Positions 19,583 to 29,682 are shown, counted from the stretch's first letter. The stretch is 64,000 bases of DNA from Candidatus Uhrbacteria bacterium (GCA_020854265.1 JADZFU010000003.1:28408-92407); one strand, 5' to 3'. A program made the numbers and translations. The notes: generated by a model from the letters alone, not told the origin.

Positions 19583-19679
19583 TTCCTCTTCCTTTCTCAA
19601 AAGAACATCTGCAGCCCTATTGCCACAGACATATTAAAATACCTAAAAATCCGTATTTTGTCAATAAATAGTGTAGGAT

Positions 19680-20270
19680 ATGACCATGTATCAAATCTCG
19701 GACCAGCGGCTCGAAGTGCTATTTTCTAGGTTTCCGCTACTAGCCCTAACCTTAAATACGCTTAATGAAGCCGGTATTCCATTTGCCGTAGGAGGAAGCG
19801 GCTGTCTGTATCTTTTGGGTAATGAGCGTCTACCAGATGACGTAGATATATACTTGCCTGACGAAAAGCATGACTATGCTGACCAGCTATTCCACACCCA
19901 GTCCTACACCTACGAATCCGCAACCGAAAATGTACGTAACTCAAATCCAGAGGGCGATCATTCAATACAGCTCACTAGTCGCTTGCGTCTTAACATTCAG
20001 GGCATGGAATATGACCTTCGGCTAACAGAAGATGTTCTATCTCATAGATTTAGCGCCGAATATAAAGAAACCACGATTTCTTTACTTCCCCCTGAAGACG
20101 TTTTATTGATCAAGGCTCTCCTCCAGCGTGGGAAAGATGTCGGAAAGCATGATATTGAGGATATTCATCGGTTTTTAGAGGTATATCCGAGCATCAATCG
20201 AGAATACCTAAGACAGCGTATAGCTTCGTTGAATGCTGAAGCGCGTATCGGCGGCATTTTCGATCTATGA
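19680..20270 (+). CDS. Nucleotidyltransferase-fold (Pol-beta superfamily-like) protein
   Basis: The G-S/G ... D-x-D pattern AVGGSGCLYLLGNERLPDDVDIYL is typical of minimal nucleotidyltransferases. GC is lower than in the neighbours. The stop overlaps the ruvC start (ATGA). Confidence 0.45.
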   Translation: MTMYQISDQRLEVLFSRFPLLALTLNTLNEAGIPFAVGGSGCLYLLGNERLPDDVDIYLPDEKHDYADQLFHTQSYTYESATENVRNSNPEGDHSIQLTSRLRLNIQGMEYDLRLTEDVLSHRFSAEYKETTISLLPPEDVLLIKALLQRGKDVGKHDIEDIHRFLEVYPSINREYLRQRIASLNAEARIGGIFDL

Positions 20271-20749
20271 AAATATTAGGGATCGACCCTGGCTTTGACC
20301 GCACTGGTTGGGGAGTCATTTCGGATGACGGCGGTCGCTTAACCTATATTGCCTGCGGATGTTTGCAGACCGACAAAAACGATAATTTCAGTCTTCGCCT
20401 GCAAAGCGTGCGCGACGAACTAGCGCTCCTGATCCGCACGCATGCGCCCGATGCCGTCGCGGTCGAGCATCTCTTTTTTCAAACCAATGCCAAAACCGCT
20501 ATCAAGGTAGGCATGGCCCGTGGCGTTGTCTTATTAGCAATTGCCGACGCCGGGTTGCCGTTGGTGGAGCTGACTCCGAACCAAGTAAAACAGGGGACGA
20601 CCGGGCACGGAAAAGCCGATAAAAAACAGGTACAAGAAATGGTAGTCCGTTTGCTCAAATTGAAAGAAACACCCAAACCGGACGATGCGGCTGATGCTTT
20701 GGCAATCGCCATAGTCGGGGCAACAATTGCCCACAGCCGGAGGTCTTGA
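20267..20749 (+). CDS. ruvC: Holliday junction resolvase RuvC
   Basis: MKILGIDPGFDRTGWGVI, AVEHLFF, GHGKADKKQV, PDDAADALAIA. Confidence 0.9.
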   Translation: MKILGIDPGFDRTGWGVISDDGGRLTYIACGCLQTDKNDNFSLRLQSVRDELALLIRTHAPDAVAVEHLFFQTNAKTAIKVGMARGVVLLAIADAGLPLVELTPNQVKQGTTGHGKADKKQVQEMVVRLLKLKETPKPDDAADALAIAIVGATIAHSRRS

Positions 20750-20756
20750 TTTTCTC

Positions 20757-20785
20757 TTGTCTACCTAGCCTAAAACTGCTATTAT
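20757..20785 (+). promoter_or_regulatory. Sigma-70-like promoter
   Basis: TTGTCT (20757-20762), 17-nt spacer, TATTAT (20780-20785). Confidence 0.45.
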
Positions 20786-20821
20786 CTTGATTGTAGAATA
20801 CGTCTATTTTTTCGCTAATTT

Positions 20822-21463
20822 ATGCAAATTTTCTGGCATGGTTTCTCCTGCATCCGAATCGAGGCCTCGCATGGCGATAAAGACGCGGTTTTGGTAACCG
20901 ATCCATATTCAAATGAAAGCGGTCTGCGCTTCCCGCGCACCCTTGCTCCAGACATCGTCGCCTTGACCCATCAGGATGCCAAACGGTTTCCCTCCGACGT
21001 GTTTACAAATGAACCGTTCATCATCAACAACCCTGGCGAATACGAAGTAAACGGATTCTTTGTTTACGCCATGCCCGTCCGTACAGGCGACGATACGCAT
21101 CCGTATGAGCTTATGTACCGTTTCGAGGTTGAGGGCATGTCCGTCGGTTTTCTGGGAGGCATGAAACGTCCGCTCACCGACGAAGAAGCTGGTCAGCTTG
21201 GCAATATCGATATCCTGCTTATTCCGGTCGGCGGGGGAGACAAGCTCACCGCCAAACAAGCGGCAGAAACAATTTCAAAAATCGAACCGCGCATGGTTGT
21301 CCCGCTCTACTACCACACCGAAGGTGTCAAAGAAAAACTTGGTACCGCTGATGCGTTCTGCAAAGAGTTGGTTTGCAAACGTCAGGACTCCAATAAATTG
21401 AAAATCGCAAAGAAAGATTTGCCGGCCGAAGACCTCGTCGTTGCCGTCCTCGAGCGCGCATAA
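20822..21463 (+). CDS. Metallo-beta-lactamase-fold hydrolase (UPF0173-like)
   Basis: The N-terminus MQIFWHGFSCIRIE...AVLVTDPY and a length near 210 aa are typical of the small MBL-fold family. Confidence 0.65.
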   Translation: MQIFWHGFSCIRIEASHGDKDAVLVTDPYSNESGLRFPRTLAPDIVALTHQDAKRFPSDVFTNEPFIINNPGEYEVNGFFVYAMPVRTGDDTHPYELMYRFEVEGMSVGFLGGMKRPLTDEEAGQLGNIDILLIPVGGGDKLTAKQAAETISKIEPRMVVPLYYHTEGVKEKLGTADAFCKELVCKRQDSNKLKIAKKDLPAEDLVVAVLERA

Positions 21464-21474
21464 CAACGTACATT

Positions 21475-21846
21475 ATGAAACCCCGCCGTACTCCTCCCAA
21501 GCGAGCACATGCCGTAGCGCCGGAAACTATGCCGGCGCCGCGTGTCCTGTCTCACGAAGAAAAGTACGAGCTGATTCGCGCCCATGCAGAAGCACGCAAG
21601 GCGCGCCCAGGCCGTCTAGGTCTGGGATACTACATCGCGATCGCCGCTTCATGTCTCGTGGTCGCATCCGGCTGGCTCTATACGCTGGATCGCGGTCTCT
21701 GGATTCCTCCGCGCGAGCCTGACCCGGCTTTGCAAGAACTCCAGGACACGACCATCGAGCTCAAACGCCAATGGGAGGCTGCTCGTCGCGAAGCGCAAGA
21801 AGCGATCTCTACCATTTCTTCGACAAGTTCTCCGGCCGTCAAATGA
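21475..21846 (+). CDS. Hypothetical membrane-anchored protein
   Basis: Basic N-terminus and a single TM segment YYIAIAASCLVVASGWLY. No domain recognised. Confidence 0.45.
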   Translation: MKPRRTPPKRAHAVAPETMPAPRVLSHEEKYELIRAHAEARKARPGRLGLGYYIAIAASCLVVASGWLYTLDRGLWIPPREPDPALQELQDTTIELKRQWEAARREAQEAISTISSTSSPAVK

Positions 21847-21929
21847 CGCGCTGGACGAAGCGGGTGATCCGTTCGTTGGAATCGAGCGCGGAGTCACCCG
21901 TTTCGTCCAGGTCGCCATAAGCCCTGAAT

Positions 21930-24389
21930 ATGGAAAACCAACCTCTCATCCCCGTCGGCGTAAAGCCGGCCGCTCTAGTCGACGAAGTGCAGACAGCCTT
22001 CCTCGACTACGCCATGTCCGTCATTGTCGACCGCGCCCTTCCGGACGTTCGAGACGGACTCAAGCCCGTACACCGCCGCATTCTCTACTCGATGTGGCAG
22101 TCGGGTTTGCGTTCATCTGCGAAATTCAAGAAATGTGCCACCGTCGTCGGTGATGTGCTTGGTAAGTACCATCCGCACGGCGATGCCGCCGTCTACGACT
22201 CGCTCGTACGCATGGCGCAGGATTTTTCTTTACGCTACCCCCTCATCAAGGGTCAGGGAAACTTCGGTTCTATCGACGGAGACTCTGCCGCAGCCTATCG
22301 TTACACCGAGTCCAAATTGGCCGCGATTGCCGAGGAGATGTTGTTCGATATCGACAAAAATACCGTCGATTTTCGTCCCAACTACGACGGCTCGCACCCA
22401 GAACCAAAGGTCCTGCCTGCCAAGCTCCCGTATTTGGTATTGAACGGAACCCTTGGCATTGCAGTCGGCATGGCAACCAATATCCCGCCGCACAATCTCA
22501 CCGAAGTATGCGACGGAATTTCGGCCTTGATCGAGAATCCCGATATCGAAATGGAAGATCTGTGCAAAATTATTCCAGGTCCTGATTTTCCTACCGGCGG
22601 CATCATTTACGACAAAAAAGAAATAAAGCAGGCGTATATCACGGGAAAAGGCGGCATCGTCATGCGCGCGGCAACCGAAATCGTCGAAGAAAAATCCGGC
22701 AGCTTCCGCATTATCGTGACCGAGCTCCCGTACCAGGTAAACAAGGCACAGCTCATCGAAAAAATGGCCGAGCTCGTGAATGACAAAAAAATCGAAGGCA
22801 TTCGCGATTTGCGTGATGAGTCCAATAAAGACGGTATCCGTGTCGTTGTCGAACTCAAAAAAGACGCCTATCCGAAAAAAGTCTTGAACCAGTTATTCAA
22901 GATGACCCAACTGCAGGAGACCTTCCATGTCAACATGCTCTGTCTCGTGGACGGGATCCAGCCGCGCGTCCTTACGCTCAAGAATATTCTCGAAGAATAC
23001 CTCTCTCACCGCAAAGAGGTTGTGCGCCGTCGTACCCAGTACGATCTCGACCGCGCCAAAGAGCGTCTTCATATTTTGGAAGGCTTGCGCATCGCCTTGC
23101 TCAAAATCGACCAGATCATCGAGACCATTAAAAAATCCAAAGATAAAGACGAGGCAAGAACAAACTTGATGAGCAAGTTCAAGCTGTCCGAGATCCAATC
23201 GCAGGCGATTCTCGACATGCGCCTGCAGCAGCTTGCCAACCTCGAACGTCTCAAGGTTGAGCAGGAATGGGAAGAAAAGAAAAAGCTCATCGACGAACTC
23301 GAAAGCATTCTCGCTTCCGCCAAAAAGATTCTCGGAATCATCAAAAAAGAAGTCGAAGAGCTCAAAGAAAAATTTGGCGACGAACGCCGCACCAAAATCG
23401 TAGCCGGTCCGGTGGGGGAGTTCTCCATGGAAGATCTTGTCCCGCAAGAAGAGACCCTCGTCATGCTCACCGACGACGGCTATATCAAGCGCTTGCCGCC
23501 GGATACCTTCAAAACGCAAGGACGCGGCGGTAAAGGGATTATCGGTCTCGAAACCAAAGACGAAGACGCCGTGCGTACCATGTTCACGACCAATACGCAC
23601 ACCGAGCTCATGTTTTTCACGAGCCGCGGACGCGTCTTCCGTCTCAAGGCGTATGAGCTCCCGCAGGCATCGCGCACATCCAAAGGACAAGCCATCGTCA
23701 ATTTCCTCCAGCTCGCACCTGGAGAGCGCGTCACCGTCACCTTGCCCATGGATAATCTCGAAGGAGAAAAGTTCCTCGTCATGGTAACGAGTCAGGGCAC
23801 AATCAAAAAATCGTCGCTGGACGAATTCTCCAATGTCCGCCGCTCCGGACTTATCGCTATCGGCCTGCACGAGAATGACGAACTCGTCTGGGTTAAGCCG
23901 TCTACCGGAAAAGACGATATCTCGCTCGTCACCAAGGAGGGCCAGAGCATCCGCTTCTCCGAGGAGGACGTGCGCCCCATGGGCCGAAATGCCGCCGGCG
24001 TCCGCGGAATAAAACTGAAAAAGAAAAACGACGAAGTCGTCGGCATGGATGTCATCGATCCTAAGCTCGCCGACAAAGGCATGCTCGATCTCTTCGTTGT
24101 CACCGAAAACGGCCTCGGCAAACGCACCAGCCTCACCGAGTACAAACAGCAGGGCCGCGGCGGATCCGGAATCCGAACCATGAAAGTCACGCCAAAAACC
24201 GGAGGAGTCGTCGCCGCCTTCATTTCTGGCAAAGACGACGAGCAGGACCTCGTCATGATCTCCAAAAAAGGCATCGTGGTCCGCACGCCCTTCAAGTCCG
24301 TGCCGTCACTCGGCCGAGACACGCAAGGCGTCCGCCTCATGCGCTTCAAAGAAGACAACGATATTCTCTCAAGCGTCACATTCGTATAA
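21930..24389 (+). CDS. gyrA: DNA gyrase subunit A
   Basis: [31 protein letters not shown], the active-site region [10 protein letters not shown], and C-terminal beta-pinwheel repeats. Confidence 0.95.
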   Translation: MENQPLIPVGVKPAALVDEVQTAFLDYAMSVIVDRALPDVRDGLKPVHRRILYSMWQSGLRSSAKFKKCATVVGDVLGKYHPHGDAAVYDSLVRMAQDFSLRYPLIKGQGNFGSIDGDSAAAYRYTESKLAAIAEEMLFDIDKNTVDFRPNYDGSHPEPKVLPAKLPYLVLNGTLGIAVGMATNIPPHNLTEVCDGISALIENPDIEMEDLCKIIPGPDFPTGGIIYDKKEIKQAYITGKGGIVMRAATEIVEEKSGSFRIIVTELPYQVNKAQLIEKMAELVNDKKIEGIRDLRDESNKDGIRVVVELKKDAYPKKVLNQLFKMTQLQETFHVNMLCLVDGIQPRVLTLKNILEEYLSHRKEVVRRRTQYDLDRAKERLHILEGLRIALLKIDQIIETIKKSKDKDEARTNLMSKFKLSEIQSQAILDMRLQQLANLERLKVEQEWEEKKKLIDELESILASAKKILGIIKKEVEELKEKFGDERRTKIVAGPVGEFSMEDLVPQEETLVMLTDDGYIKRLPPDTFKTQGRGGKGIIGLETKDEDAVRTMFTTNTHTELMFFTSRGRVFRLKAYELPQASRTSKGQAIVNFLQLAPGERVTVTLPMDNLEGEKFLVMVTSQGTIKKSSLDEFSNVRRSGLIAIGLHENDELVWVKPSTGKDDISLVTKEGQSIRFSEEDVRPMGRNAAGVRGIKLKKKNDEVVGMDVIDPKLADKGMLDLFVVTENGLGKRTSLTEYKQQGRGGSGIRTMKVTPKTGGVVAAFISGKDDEQDLVMISKKGIVVRTPFKSVPSLGRDTQGVRLMRFKEDNDILSSVTFV

Positions 24390-24392
24390 AAA

Positions 24393-24418
24393 AACGGCCC
24401 CGATGACTCGGGGCCGTT
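24393..24418. terminator. Bidirectional hairpin between gyrA and the convergent gene
   Basis: aacggcccc-(8 nt loop)-ggggccgtt, flanked by an A-run and a T-run. Confidence 0.65.
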
Positions 24419-24423
24419 TCAGT

Positions 24424-25164
24424 TCAGCGATACAGACGGACCGCAGCTTCGAGATAGCCGAGCGTCTTGTGGAGATTGAGAATGTCGTCCGGATCCCGCA
24501 GCTGCCCTTCGGCATCGATGCTCGGACGAAGTCCAGCGTCGAACAAGGGCTGTACCAGATCGATCGAGACTGCGGACAGTCCGCCTGCGACACCGATGCC
24601 GAGGTCGGGGAAGCTCTCGACGAGTGAGCGGGTGAGCGGCAGGAGCTCGGCAGCATTCATCGAAATGCCCTTGCCGCCGCTCCCGTCGATCAGAACATCG
24701 GTGATGTATCCGCGGTAGCGTCGAAGACGTTCCGCGATGTTCGCCGGGTTATGCGCACACAGCTTCAGCGCATTCGATCCCAGCTGGAGCACGACCCGCA
24801 TGCCCTTGATCGGAGCGAGCAGCTCCGGTTCTGGCCAGCAGACATTGATCTGGAATCCGTGGAGATTCGCGCCTCCGAGCTGGATCATCCGCTCGAGCTG
24901 CGTGGGCAAGGTGCCCAGATCGTCGGTGGCATAGTGGATGAGATTGATGGCACCCGGGTCTGCCGTGAAGATCTCGGCGATACGTGATACCGGCGGGTAG
25001 CGATGCGCATAGCGGTTGGTGCCGCCATTGATGGTCTTGGAGCTGGCCAGCACGCCAACCATGAGCAGCACCCGCGAGTTGACGTCCGCCCGTTTCAGAC
25101 ACTCGAGCGAGAGGCGGACCTCGTTCGAGCTGACATAACCCGTCACGCCAATGTAAGGATCCAC
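24424..25164 (-). CDS. TIM-barrel protein resembling phosphoribosylanthranilate isomerase (TrpF-like)
   Basis: VLIDGSGGKG, GVAGGL and SIDAEGQLRD resemble the LLDSGSGGTG / LAGGL / GVDVSSGVE blocks of TrpF. A GTG start at 25164 (or 25170) has AAGGAAGG upstream. No other trp genes are in the window. Confidence 0.4.
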   Translation of the reverse strand: MDPYIGVTGYVSSNEVRLSLECLKRADVNSRVLLMVGVLASSKTINGGTNRYAHRYPPVSRIAEIFTADPGAINLIHYATDDLGTLPTQLERMIQLGGANLHGFQINVCWPEPELLAPIKGMRVVLQLGSNALKLCAHNPANIAERLRRYRGYITDVLIDGSGGKGISMNAAELLPLTRSLVESFPDLGIGVAGGLSAVSIDLVQPLFDAGLRPSIDAEGQLRDPDDILNLHKTLGYLEAAVRLYR

Positions 25165-25166
25165 GT

Positions 25167-25751
25167 TCACCTTCCTTTGTACCCCAATGCTCGGAGCATG
25201 CTCTTCACGATCGGAATCGGAAGCCCGATCACGCTCGTGCGGTCGCCCTTGATCTCGGCCACGTACGGCTTGAGATCGGGATCTTCCAGATCGAAGGCGC
25301 CGCAGCACTGCATGATGGTTCCGCGTGCGATGGCGCGCTCGACGGCCTTCTTGGCGATCGGACGGAAGCGCACCTCCGCGCGGTCGATCTCCACGATCTG
25401 CGACTTGGTGCGCGTATTCGTGACCAGCACGGCCGTCACCGTTGTCGGCGGATGGAGCGGATACTCCTCGAGCCGCTTACGCGCCTCTTTGGCTGATGCC
25501 GGTTTCTCGCGGATCTTGCCGCGGCTCACCACCACCTGATCGCTCGTGATCAGGTAACAGGGAGGCAAATCAAGCTTGAGCAAGGCATCGGTCTTGGCAT
25601 GTGCCAAGAGCACGGTCAGCTTGTCGGGGTTGTCTTCCCCGCGGCCGATCCGTTTCTCGTCGATGTCCGGAAACATCGCCGTGTGTTTGATACCCGCCTC
25701 CGAGAGCAGCCTCTGTCGAAAGGGCGAGGATGAACCGAGAATGATTTCCAT
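25167..25751 (-). CDS. maf: Maf-like nucleoside triphosphate pyrophosphatase
   Basis: MEIILGSSSPFRQRLL..., the SDQVV block and a length near 194 aa. Start taken at Met-16 of the ORF. Confidence 0.8.
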   Translation of the reverse strand: MEIILGSSSPFRQRLLSEAGIKHTAMFPDIDEKRIGRGEDNPDKLTVLLAHAKTDALLKLDLPPCYLITSDQVVVSRGKIREKPASAKEARKRLEEYPLHPPTTVTAVLVTNTRTKSQIVEIDRAEVRFRPIAKKAVERAIARGTIMQCCGAFDLEDPDLKPYVAEIKGDRTSVIGLPIPIVKSMLRALGYKGR

Positions 25752-25827
25752 GCGTCCTCCGCCTGTCTTTCTAGTGAAAACTTGGCTTTTTGTCAATCCT
25801 TGCTAAGGTCCTGGCGGAGGAGGTTTG

Positions 25828-26310
25828 ATGGAGAATCTTCAGGTTATCTATACGCTTGATCCATTGGTCGGAACCGCATTGCCCTCGCTCTTTCTCGCGG
25901 GTCCGACGCCTCGTCACCCTCATGTCAGGTCTTGGCGTCCGCAGGCTCTGCGCACGATCCGTTCGTATCGGGAGAAGCTAGCCATCTATTACCCCGAGCC
26001 TCGGGGATCGGATTCGTGGAATCCGGATGGTGTGCAGCACATCCGCTGGGAGCGCGAGGCGCTCAAGCGCGCTGATGCCATCCTGTTCTGGATGCCGCGT
26101 CAGCTTACAAACATGCCCGGCTTCCGGAGCAATACCGAATGGGGGTTCTGGACGGCTCGCAACCCCGACAAGCTCGTGCTCGGGTATCCGAAGGACGCTC
26201 CCGGCATGCGGGGTATGTCCGACGATGCTCAGTACTACGGGATTCCGATCGCACATTCGCTTTCCGCTACGGTCAAACTCTCGCTCGAGAAGCTCTTCTC
26301 GGTTCGCTGA
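25828..26310 (+). CDS. Nucleoside 2-deoxyribosyltransferase-like protein
   Basis: SLFLAGPTPR...W E..AL..ADAILFWMPR...G..SNTEWGFW matches the pattern I associate with the Nuc_deoxyri_tr2-like family. GGAGGAGG lies upstream of the ATG at 25828. Confidence 0.5.
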   Translation: MENLQVIYTLDPLVGTALPSLFLAGPTPRHPHVRSWRPQALRTIRSYREKLAIYYPEPRGSDSWNPDGVQHIRWEREALKRADAILFWMPRQLTNMPGFRSNTEWGFWTARNPDKLVLGYPKDAPGMRGMSDDAQYYGIPIAHSLSATVKLSLEKLFSVR

Positions 26311-26315
26311 TCGGC

Positions 26316-26346
26316 AAACCCCCGTACCTGTCTGGTACGGGGGTTT
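26316..26346. terminator. Bidirectional terminator
   Basis: aacccccgtacc-tgtct-ggtacgggggtt, a 12-bp stem. Confidence 0.7.
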
Positions 26347-26351
26347 CAGGT

Positions 26352-26924
26352 TTAGGGCTTGCCGGGAACGTCATGATGCGTTTCGCAGCGTGCCTCGTAT
26401 GACTCCGATCCGCCGATCTGGATGAGCGGTGAGTCGTAAGGTGCGGGTCGCTTGTCTTTCCCGATCAAGCGCTGGGTTCGCGTCGCATTCCGCTGCTTGC
26501 ACACGGCGCAGTACGTGGTGAGCGCCTCGATCTTGGTGGCGCGTTTTGCGAATTCAGGCATGAGACCGAACGGTTCTCCACGAAAATCAAGATCAAGTCC
26601 GGAGATGATGAGCTCGATGCCCTCCGCAAGTATCTCGTCAAAGAGCGGCAGGAGCTTCGGCGAGACGAACTGCGCTTCATCGATGGCGATGCATCGGGCA
26701 TCACGTACGAGATGGCGGAAGCGCGGTACATGCTCGTCAAAGTCATGTGCTTCGACGCGCGGTCCGAGCCGGGAAGCAATCGCGCGCGCATCCCGCGTAT
26801 CAACCTTGGGCTTGAGAACCGTCACCGGGATGCCGGCTCGCCTGCGCATGTCGATCTCGCGGATGACAAGCAGGCTTTTTCCGGATGCCATTGGACCGAT
26901 GAACAGCGTGAGTGAAGACACCAT
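26352..26924 (-). CDS. tdk: Thymidine kinase
   Basis: P-loop GPMASGKS, IAIDEAQF, and C-terminal zinc ligands CAVC...CETHH. Confidence 0.9.
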   Translation of the reverse strand: MVSSLTLFIGPMASGKSLLVIREIDMRRRAGIPVTVLKPKVDTRDARAIASRLGPRVEAHDFDEHVPRFRHLVRDARCIAIDEAQFVSPKLLPLFDEILAEGIELIISGLDLDFRGEPFGLMPEFAKRATKIEALTTYCAVCKQRNATRTQRLIGKDKRPAPYDSPLIQIGGSESYEARCETHHDVPGKP

Positions 26925-26992
26925 GCCTCCATGGAAAGAACCGTACGAAGCCTAGCACGCAGCCGTTCTATCGGTTATCCTCATGTCAACGT

Positions 26993-27544
26993 ATGATCGT
27001 CTCTCTTCGCGGCCGTATTCTCGAAAAAGCCGTAAATTGGGTCTTGCTCGAAGTAGGCGGCATCGGCTATAAAATTGGTGTTTCTCCTGCAGTTTTGGGG
27101 CAATTACGGCAGGAAGGCGAAACCTTCTTGTACGTGCATCACCATGTACGCGAAGATGCCGAAGACCTCTTTGGATTCGTGGCATTAGCCGATCTGGAGC
27201 TTTTCCATAAGCTCCTTTCGATTTCCGGAGTCGGACCAAAGTCGGCCATGACCATCATGTCGGTCGGTCCAGCCGACCAGGTCCGTAAAGCAATCATGTC
27301 AGGCGATCTCGCCATGCTTACCTCGGTTCCGGGAGTCGGAAAAAAGACCGCGCAAAAAATTATTTTAGAGTTGAAAGGACAAATCGTCGAACCTGATGAC
27401 AAGGCAAATGCCGATATGGATGTCATTGATGCCTTGGTCGGTCTCGGCTACACCGCACAGCAGGCCAAAGACGTGCTCAAACATGTAAAAGCCGAAGAGC
27501 CGTCAGACCGCATCCGCGAGGCATTAAAATATCTCGCCAAATAA
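26993..27544 (+). CDS. ruvA: Holliday junction helicase subunit RuvA
   Basis: MIVSLRGRILEK..LLEVGGIGYKI, and HhH motifs ISGVGPKSAM and VPGVGKKTAQKI. Start taken at Met-28 of the ORF. Confidence 0.9.
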   Translation: MIVSLRGRILEKAVNWVLLEVGGIGYKIGVSPAVLGQLRQEGETFLYVHHHVREDAEDLFGFVALADLELFHKLLSISGVGPKSAMTIMSVGPADQVRKAIMSGDLAMLTSVPGVGKKTAQKIILELKGQIVEPDDKANADMDVIDALVGLGYTAQQAKDVLKHVKAEEPSDRIREALKYLAK

Positions 27545-27546
27545 TC

Positions 27547-28542
27547 ATGAAACTCGTTGAAATAACTTCGCGTGAAACGTGGGACGCCTTTGTCTCGGGT
27601 TTGCCGTATGCGCAGTTCACGCAATCATGGGCATGGGGAGAGTTTCAGCAATCGCTCGGCAAAAAGATCATGCGTCTTTTTATTGCCGAAGGGAAAAATA
27701 CATTCGGCGCTGTTCAATTCATGTTTCAGCCCAAGCGTATTTTCGGGGGGTATTGGCTATGCCCGCGCGGACCGGTCTTCGCTCTGGATTTGCCTGAAGA
27801 AAAAAAGCGCAAGGTCATGGACGTTATTTCCGAAAACCTCGATTTGCCAGGCGGATTCTTTATCCGCCTTGAACCGATGCTCTACTCGGACGAGCGCCAG
27901 CTTTTGTCAGGCAAATTCCATCGGCGTAAATCATACAACCCCTCTTCGACCGTGCTGATCGACTTGTACAAATCCGAAGAAGACCTCCTAGCAGCCATGC
28001 ATCACAAGACGCGATACAATATCCGCGTTGCCGAACGTCATGGCGTGACTGTGCGCGAAGGTGGAGTGGATGATATTGAAACCTTCATCCGTTTGGCCGA
28101 GGAAACGGCGACTCGCGACAAGTTTCTTCAGCATGATGCCGGGTATCTACGGAAGACATTTTTAGAACTTGCTAAAACCGGATCTGCCATTCTCCGGCTT
28201 GCCGAATGGAACGGAAACGTATTGGCCGCAAACATGGAAATCCATTACGGCGACACCGTAACCTATCTGCATGGAGCATCCGCTTCACTCGATAGACAAG
28301 TCATGGCGCCATTCATCCTCCACTGGATGGCGATCCGGTCTGCAAAGGAAAAAGGCCTTAAATACTACGATTTATGGGGTTGCAATCCCGAGAGTCCGTC
28401 CAATCCCGATTATAAAAAATCATGGGAAGGAATCTCACGCTTCAAGCTCAATTGGGGAGGGCGCCGCATTGAACTGGTCGGCAGTCACGACATCACCGCC
28501 CACGCATTTCTCTACAAGCTTTATACTTCATTCGTGAAATAA
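27547..28542 (+). CDS. FemAB-family peptidoglycan peptidyltransferase
   Basis: The N-terminus ...WDAFVSGLPYAQFTQSWAWGEFQ, KTRYNIRVAERHGV, and a length of 331 aa. Confidence 0.8.
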   Translation: MKLVEITSRETWDAFVSGLPYAQFTQSWAWGEFQQSLGKKIMRLFIAEGKNTFGAVQFMFQPKRIFGGYWLCPRGPVFALDLPEEKKRKVMDVISENLDLPGGFFIRLEPMLYSDERQLLSGKFHRRKSYNPSSTVLIDLYKSEEDLLAAMHHKTRYNIRVAERHGVTVREGGVDDIETFIRLAEETATRDKFLQHDAGYLRKTFLELAKTGSAILRLAEWNGNVLAANMEIHYGDTVTYLHGASASLDRQVMAPFILHWMAIRSAKEKGLKYYDLWGCNPESPSNPDYKKSWEGISRFKLNWGGRRIELVGSHDITAHAFLYKLYTSFVK

Positions 28543-28545
28543 AAA

Positions 28546-28566
28546 ATCCTCCGGCGAGCGGAGGAT
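28546..28566. terminator. Bidirectional terminator
   Basis: atcctccg-gcgag-cggaggat, flanked by aaaaa and ttttt. Confidence 0.7.
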
Positions 28567-28573
28567 TTTTGAT

Positions 28574-29035
28574 TTATTTCTTGCCGCCCTCCATGTCGTG
28601 CTTGTCTTTCATCATCATGCCGGCCACCGAGTAGCATCCCGGACCAGTCATTGCGATAGCGAGCGCGATCGAGAGTAATGCTAAGTCGGCATCACCGGCA
28701 GGGAGCGCGAACTTTTTTGCCATACCCCATGCAACCAGCATCACAATTGAGAGCAGGACACCGGCCGGGCGGGAAAAGATACCCAAGATCAACGCAATTC
28801 CGCCGAGGAATTCCGTCAGGGCAACCACCCAGGCAAAAAACAAAGGGAAGAGCGGCCAGCCGATCTTGGTCAGCATGTCCGCAAAACCGGCGATTTCAAT
28901 TCCGCCAGGAGTGAGCTTGTCCCAACCATGCATGACAAAGATGAGACCGGCTGCCAAACGCAAAACGAGCAACGCTTTGGATTTGTAGGCCATCATGCCG
29001 TGGCCGCAGTCGGTTTTGCACAAAATATTTTGCAT
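28574..29035 (-). CDS. DoxX-family membrane protein
   Basis: LLVLRLAAGLIFVMHGWDKL and four hydrophobic segments. The start is uncertain (29035 or 28996). Confidence 0.65.
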   Translation of the reverse strand: MQNILCKTDCGHGMMAYKSKALLVLRLAAGLIFVMHGWDKLTPGGIEIAGFADMLTKIGWPLFPLFFAWVVALTEFLGGIALILGIFSRPAGVLLSIVMLVAWGMAKKFALPAGDADLALLSIALAIAMTGPGCYSVAGMMMKDKHDMEGGKK

Positions 29036-29064
29036 AGTACATCCAGTATACCCAAAAGCGTCGT

Positions 29065-29541
29065 TTAGCGCCTGCCGACGGTCAAGCCTCGCAAGAACTC
29101 TTCTTGGACTTTGTCCAAATGCGCTTCATTGCGCGAAGTTTTAATGATATTCCAGGCTTGGTCAAAGGAAAAACCTCGTTTTAGTATCAAGAAAGCGCAA
29201 TAAAAAGTTGGCGCTCGACCATGGCCATTTTTGCAGTGGATGTAAACCTTCCTTCCTTGAGCAAGCATTTGATCCAATGCCGCGCATCCAACTTGGACAT
29301 TGTGGAGCGACGGAGCTGTATGGTCTTGTGTCGGCAGCCAAACGAAGCAATCGACCCCGTACGGCTGATCCAGGCTTTCTCCCTCTAAGGAGATGTCGCA
29401 GGTGACACCCTTGTCGAGCAAGGCGATTTTAAAGTGGTCGACACAGCAGGCATTGGTACCAATAATGACCTGCGCATCGATCTGGGAAAATTCCATGACG
29501 GGTATTTCCGGATGCATATCGTTTCGCATGCATTGTATCAT
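29065..29541 (-). CDS. Dual-specificity / tyrosine phosphatase-like protein
   Basis: CX5R active site IHCKNGHGRAP. The listed ORF extends to 29667, which would overlap the tRNA on the other strand. It is trimmed here to Met-43; 29529, 29517 and 29496 are also possible starts. Confidence 0.6.
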   Translation of the reverse strand: MIQCMRNDMHPEIPVMEFSQIDAQVIIGTNACCVDHFKIALLDKGVTCDISLEGESLDQPYGVDCFVWLPTQDHTAPSLHNVQVGCAALDQMLAQGRKVYIHCKNGHGRAPTFYCAFLILKRGFSFDQAWNIIKTSRNEAHLDKVQEEFLRGLTVGRR

Positions 29542-29600
29542 GCCCCTTGATTCGGGAGCGGGAATCTGGCATGATGCCCGCGCAACAAAAAGGAAGACGA

Positions 29601-29676
29601 GGGCCGTTAGCTTAGTTGGTAGAGCGCCGCCTTTGCAAGGCGGAGGTCGTCGGTTCGAATCCGACACGGTCCACCA
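29601..29676 (+). tRNA. tRNA-Ala (anticodon UGC), CCA encoded
   Basis: Acceptor stem GGGCCGT/ACGGTCC with the G3:U70 alanine identity pair. Anticodon stem ccgcc/ggcgg with loop ttTGCaa. T-arm gtcgg-TTCGAAT-ccgac. 3' ACCA. Confidence 0.95.
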
Positions 29677-29682
29677 TGAAAA

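Noticed and set aside
29065-29667. The full-length 200-aa ORF for the phosphatase gene.
   Set aside because: Its first 42 codons run antisense through tRNA-Ala (29601-29676) and the tRNA upstream region. The conserved phosphatase sequence starts later, so the gene was trimmed to an internal Met.
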